DNA of 63,152 bases, counting the filler. It is 7 parts of 7 records of this genome, joined end to end, with 100 filler letters (N's around TTAATTAATTAA, not from the genome) between each part and the next. Parts side by side here need not be neighbours in the genome. Positions count along the whole stretch, not along the records: positions 28,540 to 39,405 come from DRR378314_911; positions 39,506 to 46,585 come from DRR378314_914; positions 46,686 to 55,097 come from DRR378314_918; 4 more parts are not named here. One strand, written 5' to 3'. Numbering within the stretch: position 1 is the first letter of the stretch; each line of letters opens with the position of its first letter. The notes under the pieces are model-generated. The model ran no database searches. It was not told the DNA's origin and saw only the letters and a program-made list of their open reading frames with translations. The translations under genes and the position numbers were made by a program. Below are positions 38,132 through 49,372 of the stretch, piece after piece.

Positions 38132-39405
38132 CTATATCTGCGGGACTGCTGACGTTATATTTCCGAAAACGAACTCGTTTTCATAGAAACAGAATGTTTT
38201 AAGCGCAAAAAAATAAAGCACATGCAAACGGAATTCTTGTGTACACTGCACCGTCGCGAGCTGCTCGCCAGGTCGAGCGGAGAACGCCGCTGGCAGCAGA
38301 ACGAAACGTACGCTAGCGCGGAGTTCCTGGGCGGAGGATCCGGTGCCGCTTAGGTTTTGATTTTCCTGCAGAATTTCTGTGAAGCTCACTGACTTGCAGT
38401 CATGAGTGTTTTCTCCGTGTTCTTGTACTTGTAAAGTTTCGGAAGATGAATGCAGGTCTGCCCCTGTTTGCGCGACATGTTGCTCACTTTGATCAAGTCC
38501 ACTCTGGAACGAGTTCACATGTTCCCCTGCGGCGCGGGTAGCGACTAGCTCTTCACCCTCATTCTCCCAAGGTTCCGTTTGACGCATGTTGCTACCGCGA
38601 CAATCCTCAGAAGATGAAGATACATATGTATGTGTAACAGAGGAAACTCTCAGTCGCTGTCGCATTCGCTTATTTGCGTTCTTATAGTTGCGTATCTCTT
38701 CACGCAACCGCTTCAATACCGGCTCTCTCTCAGCCGTCTGCGCCTTCTCATGCTCTATAGCTTTGCGAAGATCTGCACTTTCAGATTCCACAGAGAGCAA
38801 TTTGTCCTCCATTCCTCTAATTTGGCGATCCATACTCTGCAATACCTCGTTTACAAGCTTGGAGATATCGCGTAGACTTTGGATGGCAGAGGCGCCACTG
38901 GCTGTCTTGTCAGGGCTCTTTGCATGTACGTGAAGTCGGGGGATCGCTTGTTTGAGAGAGCGCGCGATTCGTTCCAACCCACTGGCAGCCCCTTCAATAC
39001 GGTGCGAGGCTTTCCCCAGTACCGTTTGAATTTCCGTTGGCTCGCTAAGCTTCATAGGAGTCTCCTGGGAAGCTCCGTCCAGTCTAGCAAGCGATCGCGA
39101 AAGCAGCCCGTACCCGTGGGTTGCAGCATCATAAACATTTCGCAATTCGCTGCTCGTAAGGACAAGCTCTTCTCGCTCGCAATTCTTTGCAGCCTCCATA
39201 GTGGTGCGTTCACCCTCCATCTTGCATGTCAAGTCATAGATTTGTTTTTGCAAAGCCTCAATCGTACCAGAGGCGGAAGATGCTTCAGCATGTAGCCGAT
39301 TCTCAAGAGCATTAATGTTCTCTTGCTGCTTTGCAGAAATTTCCATTTGTCTGATTTGATCACCGCGCAATTTACCAAGCTGCTGCTGCGCGCTCTCCGC
39401 CGCGG
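38132..39405 (-). CDS. Long coiled-coil protein exon, 5'-truncated, function unknown
   Basis: A frame of more than 400 codons rich in E/Q/K/L heptads (LQKQIYDLTCKMEGE, LRKAIEHEKAQ, LREEIRNYK). The 3' boundary is probably spliced. Confidence 0.55.
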
Positions 39406-39505
39406 NNNNNNNNNNNNNNNNNNNNNNNNNNNNNNNNNNNNNNNNNNNNTTAATTAATTAANNNNNNNNNNNNNNNNNNNNNNNNNNNNNNNNNNNNNNN
39501 NNNNN
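39406..39505. other. Artificial contig linker
   Basis: Same 100-nt pattern. Confidence 0.99.
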
Positions 39506-40264
39506 TGCCTATTTCGAGTGCGTGCGAGTGGCGCCCCCCACCCACCCACCCAACTGTAGCGGAAAAGTACTACAGCTGCATGCTGGTGCCAGCTTTATTT
39601 TTTTCAGAGAAAAAAAGAAGAATCTCCTGTCTGTGTCGCGTCCATGTGCATACGTCACTGCGCGCTGGTTGTTGACAACATGGTGGTGCCCTGCGTTTGG
39701 GCGCTGCGGCATACAACTCACTGCCCCGACATGGCATGTTCCCTGTATTTCTGCGCGCCGCGTATTCAGATCCCGAATGGAAACGTGTATGAATCTTCGC
39801 CTGCATCGCGCCAATCGGCGACGAGCTCGCAGTATCGCCGGTAGCAGTCCACGTGCGCGATCACCCTTGCGAACAGTTTCGCCCGCGCACGCGTGGCGCG
39901 CGTTCCAAGGAGAAGCTCGCACGGCGGAGTGCATACTGTCGAAGCGGGTGTGAGAATAAAGCTGAGGAGCACGAGTTTTGGCAGTGTGCCAGTCGCCCAC
40001 TTTCTCCGTCCCGCGTAGTATTCCAGCACCGACGCATCAAGCACGTCGCTGCGCTATCGAATCGCGCCTGGGTGCTACGATTGCAGTGTCCGATCACAGC
40101 GCAGACCGCGCGTATCGTCCAGCACGTCGCATGCGAAGGCGCCTCGGCCTGCGGCTCGTAGCGAAAGGTAGCAAAGGGCACAGCCAAATCCATTTCACGC
40201 ACAACCTCGGTTCGAATCGTTGACAGTCCGTATCGCTGCAACCATGCACAGCGAAAGCGGCAAA

Positions 40265-42510
40265 TTACGTTCTCCGCGCGCGCTCGTCCATAGCAGCATG
40301 TTCGGAATCTGCGGTAGACGACGAAGCACCGCTTCGTTGCTTGCCGATCTGCTCTTCCGCGGGATTCCCGCACCGATTGCTATTTCCAACATACTTTTGC
40401 AGCGTTTGTAGGGATTCGCGCAAGGCAACACACGAAGAGTCCTGTGCTGATGGAGCAGAGGACATCGAGTCGCTAATCCGCTTCGCTTGATTCGCATAGA
40501 TCGCGGCGCTTCGCCTGCGGCCCAGAACCGCAGCAGCCTCCGCAGCGTACAAGAGGCACGCAAGAGAGATATTATTGGGAAGATCAGACTGAGCAAGCGC
40601 TTTCTCCGCAGTAACAAGCGCTTCGGCGAAATTGAGCTCCTTGAGAAGCAAATACGCGAGCTGGCACAGCGCGATCCCATAGCCGATCCGCGCAGCGCGT
40701 GGGCGGGACGCTTCAGTACGGTAGGCGAGTAATTTTTTCCCCCGTTCAGGTGCACTCGCCGCCTGCATCCTATCATTCGGAGCAGATCGCTGCTCATACA
40801 AATGAATAGCACGTCGAAGAAGGCGAACTGCAATCGCGCTGTGCTCGTTTGCCAGCGGAATGAGGCACTGCGCGCGACGCAGCAGCAAATCTGGGTCTTC
40901 CGCCCATCCGTAAGAAGCCGCAATGCCGCGAGCTTCTTCGTAGCACAGCCCGGCACGTTCGGCATCTCCAAGCACACTCAGAGTATTTGCACTGGCGCAA
41001 TATGTTAAGAAAGAGTGATCGACAGCACTTTCAGGCAGTTCGTTTCGGAATGTCGCATCGCTGCGCATTTGCTGCAACGCTGCAAGAGAGCGTGAAAATT
41101 GCAGGAGAGCAAGGCGCGGCATGCCCATGCGCGCCAGCGCGCACCCGACCGCGTGTAGGTGCAGTGACGATGACCTCATCCCAGGAACATTCATCAGGAT
41201 CTTGATGCTCTTGGCTGCATTGCCGCGCTTGCACTCGAGCTGCGCTTTCAAGAGGAGCGCCGACCACGAACACGAAGCGGGATCACCAATCAACTCCTTG
41301 AGCTCGCGTTTAGCAGTCCGAAAATCGCCGGTAGCCATCGCAACTTTCGCGCGGTACAACCTTACCGTTTGGATCACACTATGTGCATCTATGCGCGGAA
41401 AGCATCCTTCGTCAGCGACCAACGGTTCATGCCACCGAGGAAGATCAAGTTGCAGCAGCGCGACATCCGCGCTCGCCACCGTTCCGCTACGAGAGCGCTG
41501 CTGCGCACCGTTTGCTACGTCCGTGCTGGAACGCGGACGAGCTAGCCTTCGCGCCCCAGAACGGTTATTCGCCGCACCATTGGCACTGCTTGTTTGTGCG
41601 CTTGATTCTGCAGCACTGGGTTGTCTTGCGCGCCCAGCGTCAGCGGCACGCAGAGACAGCGCGGAAACCTCGAGCTGCTCGAGTACCGCGGTCGCGAGCG
41701 TCTCTGCTGAGCCGCGCTCGATCGAAACATCGATCAGCGCACAGCACACTCGAACCGCAAGCGCATCTTCTAACAAGTCAATCATTGCGTACAAAGAAGA
41801 AAATTCTTCAAGCGCTTTGTCATACAATCGAAGGTGCAAAAGTGTGACAGCTCGATTGTATCGCGGAACAGCATGCTGCGGCAGCGCCGGCGCGCGCCGC
41901 GCGATGCGGTCGAGAGTCGTAGCAAACACAAGCACGTTTCCTCTACCGTCGCGGAAGTACTCCGCAAGCGCTCGATTTGCATCAACCTAAAGAACCGCGT
42001 TACGAACGAAGACGCCAAAACGTAGATTTTAGGAGAAAAGATCGCTATTCAGCGCGCGCGTGCGAGAGCGGCAATCATCTGGCCGGTCCATTGCGACCAA
42101 CACAGGCCTGACAGAAGCACGCTCGGCAATGGCAGCACGAGTGGGGCCAAGTCGCGCGGTAGCGCGTGCACGCGCCATCCGCCTGCGCCCGCCCCGAGCA
42201 AATCCAGATAAGTCTTTCCTATCCCATGAACGTACAAGCCGTGACCTTGTGGCAGAACCAACAAGATCGGTCGTTTTCGCGGTAGGGCTCGCGGGTGCGA
42301 AACGCGCCGACGTACCTGCACCTCGCTCGCCACGCGGCTCGGTCCACGCGCTTCAGCACAAGTCGCTGACGGGCCGCCATCATCACCGTGAGACGTGCGA
42401 GTTGGCACCACTTCTGCGCGCCGCTCGGCCCGCACACGATCTAACACCTCTATGCATTCAACAAATAATCTTTGGGTGAACAGGCGCGCCGCATCTACAG
42501 TAGATACCAT
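40265..42510 (-). CDS. CNOT10: CCR4-NOT subunit CNOT10-like TPR protein, 2 exons
   Basis: Exons 42510-42316 and 41986-40265. NRALAEYF, YNRAVTLLHLRLYDKALEEFSSLY and AKRELKEL...ALLLKAQLECKRGNAAKSIKIL resemble conserved CNOT10 blocks. Confidence 0.8.
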
Positions 42511-44600
42511 AGCCGGCGTATTCCGCGCAAGCTGTGCGCGCTGCCCAGCGGCGGAGCACGCAAGCGCTGCTTGCGCGCGCTCCCAAGTGAAGTCGTCAAA
42601 CCACAATTGTGCACGTGCCGGTACCGATCAGAGAGTATCAATGCTCCGAAGCGGAGACAAGCCACAGAGGCGATGCCAGACTGACGATATCAGCACTGAT
42701 TGAGCGCGCCGATCGAAAGGTGCAGCAGCGAGACTTCGGTTTCCCCGCGAGGCCAGAGAGCACGCAGTCGCCACACTGCGCAACGCTACGGCACAGGCCT
42801 AGAAGCCTGCACGAAAGGAGCCAGCGCCGCCGCGTGGTGTGGGGAGCCCAAGCGGGAAAGATGCAAATGCACGATGGGAGAGAGAGTGGCCAGCGTCGGT
42901 TCGCAACGAAAGCGTATGGAGGGGCGTGGTCGCTCCGCTTTCCGCTGCGGTGTGGAGTTGGCGATGGAAAAGTTTGCGGAACGCTCCGTCGCGGCAGCGC
43001 TGCGGCGTGAGCCAGCGCACTCGAAGCCCACAGGCGTCCTGGAAAACCGCCAGGTTGAGAATTCACCGACCCCGCGATTCGCACGCAGCGCGAAGAGACG
43101 GTATGGCCACGGCGAAACGTGCACTACTAGCTCCGTGTGCATTTATGCCCGGGCCCGAAAAAAAGGTGGATACGTACGGCCGAAGCCAAGACGATCAACA
43201 TGCACCTGCTTTTGGAAGGCTGCGCGCGCTGCGCACGCTATTCGCACCAGTAGATCACGCCGCATGCGCAGCAGTTCACGCGGCGTGTTGCGCCAAGACC
43301 GGCGTAGCAATACACACCCGGCCACGCCGCGATCGGGTTTGGGAACCTGTTCACTACAGAATGAGGAGCACCTCGCGGACCTTCCGTCGTATGCAGGCAC
43401 AGACTTGCGTGTGTGTATTTATTTATTTATTTATTTATATATTTCTAGATTGGCGCCTCCTCAAGGCTGGCGTTGGAAGGACTGCTGGTTTATTGCCATG
43501 ATTCCCGCTGCTATCGGGCAAGCCTGCCAGCACGACGAGTGTGCGTCGAAGCTGCGCACTCTGCGCGCAACACGTGGGCACGAGAGCGCAGGCCGTGTCG
43601 CCAAAACCGGGAACACACAGCCACATGTCGCTCTCGGCAGGATGCGACGCCTAGCGCAGGCGAGAACAGGCAGCGTATGGTCACACTTTCGTTGGCGCAA
43701 TTTCTCGCAACACAAGCAACAAGGCAATAAGTAAGCGGGAAAGGAAATCAACAGCCAGTTCCGCAAAGCAGAGTGAAGCTCTGCCGAGCAGTTTTCGAAA
43801 GTAAATGGTGACAACACCACGACAAGGCGCTATCAGGCGCTCTGTTCCTCTGCCCTGTGCAGACACGCGCGTGCCAGCCTTGCCGCCAGTTGCAACTCTA
43901 ACAGACTGCGCGAAGTAGCCGAATGAAGAGGCATATGGGAGCACGCCACGCAGTTTTCTCTTCCACAAGGTAAGCATACTAGTTGCGCTATTATGGACAG
44001 ATTTCGATAAAGCGGCTGACCGACTGCGAGACTCATTCTGAGGACAGCAACAGAAATATTCTGTGCAGTGTAGCAAATCTGACAAGGTCCACAGAACCGA
44101 CACCGCGCAAGATGACACGTCAGGGCACTTTCTCCGCGAACAAGCGCGCGTCATCGGCATCCCCGATTCGGAGGCGAGGGTTTTCATCCTGACCCTATCT
44201 GCAGTTGATTTAATCAAGTCTGTTTCGCGGTTCTGGAGCTGTTATCTATCAGTATGATATCTTGTTCATAGGGCTAGGGATACAGCGGTGACGTGTGCGC
44301 ACGTGCTTGGCCGCTGGCGCACGCGGACGGGCGTCGCATTCGCATTGGCGCGCGCAGCCGCTGGCGGCGCACAAACAAGCTCTGGAATTCAAGCAACCTG
44401 GGAAGGCCTCCCGCACCGCATACCCTGGCCGCGAACACGCTGACCTTGTGACCTGCGCGTCGGCGGAGACGCGTACCCGTACATCGAGAAAGCAACGTAT
44501 TCGAGCCATCACCACCATTTTGCCTCTGCTCATTACTTATTGCGCGAAGAGTTAGCATCCAGCTGCCCTCTGTTTACCAGAGTAGCACATCACTGCAGCG

Positions 44601-46418
44601 ATGGATGGCGCAGATGCTTCCGCTGGTTTACCCCTGTGGGCACGCTTTGCCGCCGGCTTCGCTGCCGGTATCGTCGCTGCCACAGTCGCGCGCGCCGCCA
44701 AGAAGCAACGCGCGCGTGAGGACGAAGACGACGATGCGAAAGAGCCCGAAAAACCACCGTGTGGATCAGGGCGTCGACGAGCGCTGACGGTGCAACCGCC
44801 ACAGGGACGGCGCGTGTCGGCGTATCTCTCGGCGCTCGACTCGCTATGCGCCAAGGCGTCGGTGGACGAGAAGGATGGAAAAGCAGTTCCCGTAGTTTCC
44901 ATAGTAGTTGGACCGGAAGAAGCGCGTACGCTCACTGAGGTATGGGCGGTGCTCTGTCAGGAGATTGCGCACAGCAAGTAGTATGTCCTATGTGAGATTA
45001 GGACTGTATGAGGGGAAGAATGCCCCTTGAGCGTTGCTTCGCGCGCGGCGCCAGCCAAGCGAAAACGTGCTGCACTGCCTTGTGGCGCCCAAGATCTGCG
45101 CTCGCCCGGAGAAGAGCTTCGTCGTGCGCACGGCAGGCTCCTCCCTTGCGTGCACACTTCCGGGAGACCTCATACGCCGAGCACCTTCGCACCCGTTGCG
45201 CTTGCCGCCAGGACGGCGGTCCCGAAATGATACTCCCCTACCATCGTGCGGTTGGGAAACACGATAGGGTAGCAGTGTACATTTCGCGCACTTGCGTCAA
45301 AAGCTTGCGCTCAGAAAGGGGCTTGGCTGGTGTCTTGTCGGCTCTACGTTCATGTCGCGCCGCGTGCGTGCGACAAGCGCCGAGCAGCACTGCGTCGGGC
45401 TCGCCGCTGTTTTGTTCTGTGTGGTCGAGCGCTGCGCTCGTCCCAAGCAAAGAGTGCGACGGCGTTTTGCAGCGGGATTGACCCTCGTATCAAAATTGTC
45501 CTTTCGCTGCACAGGTACGCGAGCTTCTTCGTGGCTTGGCAGAGCTGCCGGTGGATACCATGCCGGCAATTCAGGCGTTTTTGCTGCAAAAGTATGACAA
45601 CTACTTTGACGAGGGTGTCGACGAGGATATCCGGTCCTACATCGAAACGAACTACCTTCGACCTTCGACTCCCTCGTTGCTCCAGGTACGAGACCAGCCC
45701 GCCTTCTTCCCAAGCGTACATGGGCGCCCCTCTTGTTTTGTTTCTTTTTTCACGCGCAGTACTATGAAACGATCGTGTGATACTTCGTAAGACGTAAGCA
45801 CGGTGCCGGTATGTACCCCTGCGTGGCGCGAATGAGCGGCGCGGCTGTACCCGAGCGTTGCGCGGCACGCACGCGAGCGACGTGACGCGGCGGCACGCTT
45901 CCGGGTGCGCGCAATCCGCAGACAGCTGCCTCAAGGCGCTGACGCGACCGCGGCGGCGGCGCGCGCGACTGCTCCTCCGTTGGCCCTTGGCTCTGTGCAG
46001 GTCCTGCAAAAATCGAAAAGCCCAAGCGGGAGAATTCGTTCTGCTGTACAGAGCGCTCGATTCCAAAATCTCCGCAGAAGCCGCTCGCAGTCGATTCTGC
46101 GGCAGAAGGTGGGTGAATGAAGGCACACGCGAGTTCTTGGCGTTCGATTCCGCACGAGCCCGCGCTGCAACGCTCCTTGGCGTCGGCAGACGTGGTCGGA
46201 TGCGACGCTGCACTGGCCTGCGCTCGCTTCGTTCTTGCGATGCGGGTGTCCCTTACGCAATGCGCGCGTTCTCTGATTTCGCATGCATTTCTGTTTGTGG
46301 TTGGGTGATTCGATGGCTCCTCTTTCGTAGATCAAATTTACACCGCCGTGCCTCGAGGCGCTGAACAAGGTCGATCAGTGGGATTTCGACTTGTTCTCGT
46401 TCCTCGACCACTGCAACG
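44601..46418 (+). CDS. Class I cyclic-nucleotide phosphodiesterase (PDE1-like N-terminal region) with a hydrophobic N-terminus, spliced and 3'-truncated
   Basis: Exons 44601-44939, 45515-45685, 46001-46108 and 46331-46418 join in phase. They give VDEDIRSYIETNY...RIRSAVQSARF...PPCLEALNKVDQWDFDLFSF, similar to PDE1 (VPSEVRDWLASTF...FKSIVHAVQAG...ALKDVDKWSFDVF). The catalytic His motifs would lie beyond the contig end. Confidence 0.65.
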
Positions 46419-46585
46419 GTACGCGCGCTGGGACGCCTACGTCGCCTCTGCCCGAATCTGCGACCGCGACAGACTGGTAGTGTGCGAGTTTCAAAGTCAT
46501 TCGCAGTCGGTCTCGCGTGCTACCACTGCTGGCTTCCTTTCCCTTCAGCACTGTATGTGCGGGAGCGCGCGTCAACGCGCTACTC

Positions 46586-46685
46586 NNNNNNNNNNNNNNN
46601 NNNNNNNNNNNNNNNNNNNNNNNNNNNNNTTAATTAATTAANNNNNNNNNNNNNNNNNNNNNNNNNNNNNNNNNNNNNNNNNNNN
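46586..46685. other. Artificial contig linker
   Basis: Same 100-nt pattern. Confidence 0.99.
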
Positions 46686-47545
46686 ATATCAAACGACTCT
46701 AGAATCATATCGAGCTTGCCCCACTCACGCCGACCACGCAGGTCAACGGTTTCATCAACATCGCTCTCTTCACCATTGCTACCCCCCAACCCATCCCACA
46801 GACGGCGCGTGGTGGCACGCACATCGTCCATCCAACCGCCAATATTAGCATCACGGTCGCGCTCTAACGCAGTGCGGCTGTCGCTTGTATCTTCGCTGGG
46901 TAACAACTCTGCTAAGGCGATCGGTTGTGGGCTGTGCGCCGTCACGTTAACCGCCACGACAAAATCCGCTTCGTGGGTGGCTAATATCGGCATGATCGGC
47001 AGTGGGTTTAGCAAGCCGCCATCAACGAGTACTTGGCCACCCACATGTACTGGGGTAATGACACCCGGCACGGCAATAGAGGCACGGATTGCCTGGAGTA
47101 ACGGGCCATTTTGAAACCACACCTCACGTTGACGAATCAGATCCGTCGCGACGGTCGTCACCGGAATAGGCAGGTCCTCGATCAGCATATCGCCGACCAG
47201 CTCTTCAAGTTTGCTCATGACCTTATTCGCTCGCATGGCGCCCATTGGACTCCAGGTCACATCGACCAGTTTGAGCACGTCTAAATAGTCCAGGTTACAC
47301 ACCCACTCACGGTATTCAGGCAGCTTTCCAGCGGCATAGATACCAGCAATTAGCGCGCCCATAGAGCAACCGGCAATCGAAATTATCTCGAAGCCGCGCG
47401 CTTCTAATGCTTCGATAACACCGATATGGGCATAGCCCCTTGCCCCTCCACTCCCTAATACCAGCGCAACCTTATTACCGCCATTCAAGCCGCTGCTTGC
47501 CACAGGTGCTTTAACAACATGCGCTACTTTTTTCTTCATCGTCAT
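46686..47545 (-). CDS. Patatin-like phospholipase (RssA/NTE family), 3'-truncated
   Basis: Oxyanion motif LGSGGARG, nucleophile GCSMG and DGG motif. Confidence 0.93.
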
Positions 47546-47573
47546 CTTCCTAACGCGAGCAATCAGGTACCCG

Positions 47574-48452
47574 CTACGCTTGCTGACTGATTGTGCTGGC
47601 CACGCGATGAACCGATTGTGGCTCAAGGTGCAGATGATGGCCACCCGCGAGTACATGGCGCGTTAACTGTGGTACTGCTTGGCGCGCTTTTGCTGCCCAA
47701 TCCCGTTCGCCTAAAATACCTCGCTCCCCCTCTATCAATAGCACCGGGGCTTGAATCTCCGCCAGTAGCGCCAACACCTGCTGGGGCGTAAAGCGCACCA
47801 AAGAAGGCTTTAGTAAACGGCTATCCGTGCGCATTTGCACATGCCCATCGGCAGTGGCCTGGGTGTTACGCTCGACAAGTGGCGTGGCGGTGATGCTGTC
47901 CAGCGGCGTGACACCTCCGGCTACCCGCGCGGCAACTGCACTCTCAACATCGGGATAACGAGGAGGACGGGAAAGCGGCCGCCGATAGGCCACTAGCCCT
48001 TTACGTAGTTGGCTGGCCGTCTCTTCAGCAGGTGTATTTAATGCGCCTAAGCCATCTAACAGAATTAGCTTATCCACCTTCTCAGGCAACGCTGCCGAGA
48101 CTAGGCAAGCCACGGCGGCCCCCATCGAGTGAGCAAGTAGCGTCGCCTTTTCGATCTCTAATGACTCCATGGTATCCAGCACGTCGTGGGTATAGTCCCA
48201 TAGTGCATAGTCGCTTCCTGCAGGCGCATGAGCTGAGTGCCCGTGACCACGGAAGTCGATCGCTACAATGCGAATATCCAGTGCTTTCACCAACAGCGGC
48301 GCCAGCCGGCTAAAGCTCGCCGCGTTGTCTAGCCAACCATGCAGCGCCACCCAAGTAGGCGCAGTGCTACGCCCCCAGCTAAGCGCCGCCAGCCGACCAT
48401 TCGCCAGGGAAAGTGGCTGCGCAGCGGTAGCAACGTGGGTCGATTCATTCAT
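47574..48452 (-). CDS. Alpha/beta-fold hydrolase
   Basis: HGWLDNAASF, DFRGHG, AHSMG nucleophile and C-terminal GGHHLH. Confidence 0.93.
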   Translation of the reverse strand: MNESTHVATAAQPLSLANGRLAALSWGRSTAPTWVALHGWLDNAASFSRLAPLLVKALDIRIVAIDFRGHGHSAHAPAGSDYALWDYTHDVLDTMESLEIEKATLLAHSMGAAVACLVSAALPEKVDKLILLDGLGALNTPAEETASQLRKGLVAYRRPLSRPPRYPDVESAVAARVAGGVTPLDSITATPLVERNTQATADGHVQMRTDSRLLKPSLVRFTPQQVLALLAEIQAPVLLIEGERGILGERDWAAKARQAVPQLTRHVLAGGHHLHLEPQSVHRVASTISQQA

Positions 48453-48629
48453 AAACAGGATCTCTTAAAGGCCGGATAACCAAGCAATGTTATATACGTC
48501 AGATGACGCTCTAAGACGTAAACGTTACCATGCTAAGCGCAGCGCATCTGCCGCTTTATGCGGTTAACGCTTGCGTGCTGCGACTACTTCGAAATGCTCT
48601 TAACGATGATGACCAACAGGAAAATGACT

Positions 48630-48722
48630 ATGAAACCACGTCGTGACACCCGCGCTCGCAATCTTGTGTTCTTGATTACCGTGATCAGTGCGTTGGTGGT
48701 TGGCCTGTGGCTTGCTCGCTAA
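48630..48722 (+). CDS. Putative 30-aa single-pass membrane microprotein
   Basis: MKPRRDTRARNLVFLITVISALVVGLWLAR*, with AGGA 8 nt upstream of the ATG. A basic N-terminus precedes one hydrophobic helix. It is below the ORF-track length cutoff. Confidence 0.55.
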   Translation: MKPRRDTRARNLVFLITVISALVVGLWLAR

Positions 48723-48815
48723 GCCAATAGCTCCCTTGAGCCAATACTTCCCAGACACACAGCGCTGAGCATCGCTTGCAATTTTTCTCCCATGAATAAA
48801 TACTGCCCTCAAACA

Positions 48816-48831
48816 CTGGTTATAAAAACAG
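48816..48831 (+). promoter_or_regulatory. LexA (SOS) box
   Basis: CTGGTTATAAAAACAG fits CTG-N10-CAG with an AT-rich spacer and lies directly upstream of umuD. Confidence 0.88.
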
Positions 48832-48853
48832 TATCAAAGTACATTATTTATTC

Positions 48854-49372
48854 ATGAGGATGCCGATGATGCCGTCCCAACCCGCCTCATCAGAAACAGT
48901 CACGTTTACAACAAGTACGTTAACAACGAGTACATTTCCAACAACGATGGTTGCGACAGCCCTGCCGTTAACCTCTCAGCCGTTGCCATTCCCAACGTTA
49001 CACGGCCGTGCTGGGTTTAGCGGCTTCCCCTCACCTGCTCAAGATTACGAACCACGCACGTTGGATCTCAATGAGCGGTTGATTAAACACCCCAACCATA
49101 CGTTTTATCTCACCGCCGCGGGCGACAGCATGGAAGGCTGGGGGATATTTGAAGGTGATTTGCTGGTGGTAGATCGCAGTATACCGCCCCGCTTAGGGCA
49201 TATTCTGGTCGCCATGTTTGAAGAGGAAGTACTGATAAAGCGTTATGCGCTCTATCAAGGCACGCCACACCTCTGCTCGGCACATCCTCACTATCCACCG
49301 CTGCCGTTAGAAGAGACAAACTGCCAGCTATGGGGGGTGGTACGCGCTGTGGTGCATGAGTATTTGCCATGA
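48854..49372 (+). CDS. umuD: DNA polymerase V accessory subunit UmuD (S24 autoprotease)
   Basis: GFPSPAQDY, GDSM catalytic Ser, LIKR Lys and WGVV. It overlaps the umuC start (ATGA). The exact start codon is uncertain. Confidence 0.92.
   Translation: MRMPMMPSQPASSETVTFTTSTLTTSTFPTTMVATALPLTSQPLPFPTLHGRAGFSGFPSPAQDYEPRTLDLNERLIKHPNHTFYLTAAGDSMEGWGIFEGDLLVVDRSIPPRLGHILVAMFEEEVLIKRYALYQGTPHLCSAHPHYPPLPLEETNCQLWGVVRAVVHEYLP

Noticed and set aside
42700-44550. Arg/Ala-rich ORFs between CNOT10 and the PDE gene
   Set aside because: No recognisable domain and no phase-consistent exon chain that I could build. Likely spurious in GC-rich DNA.
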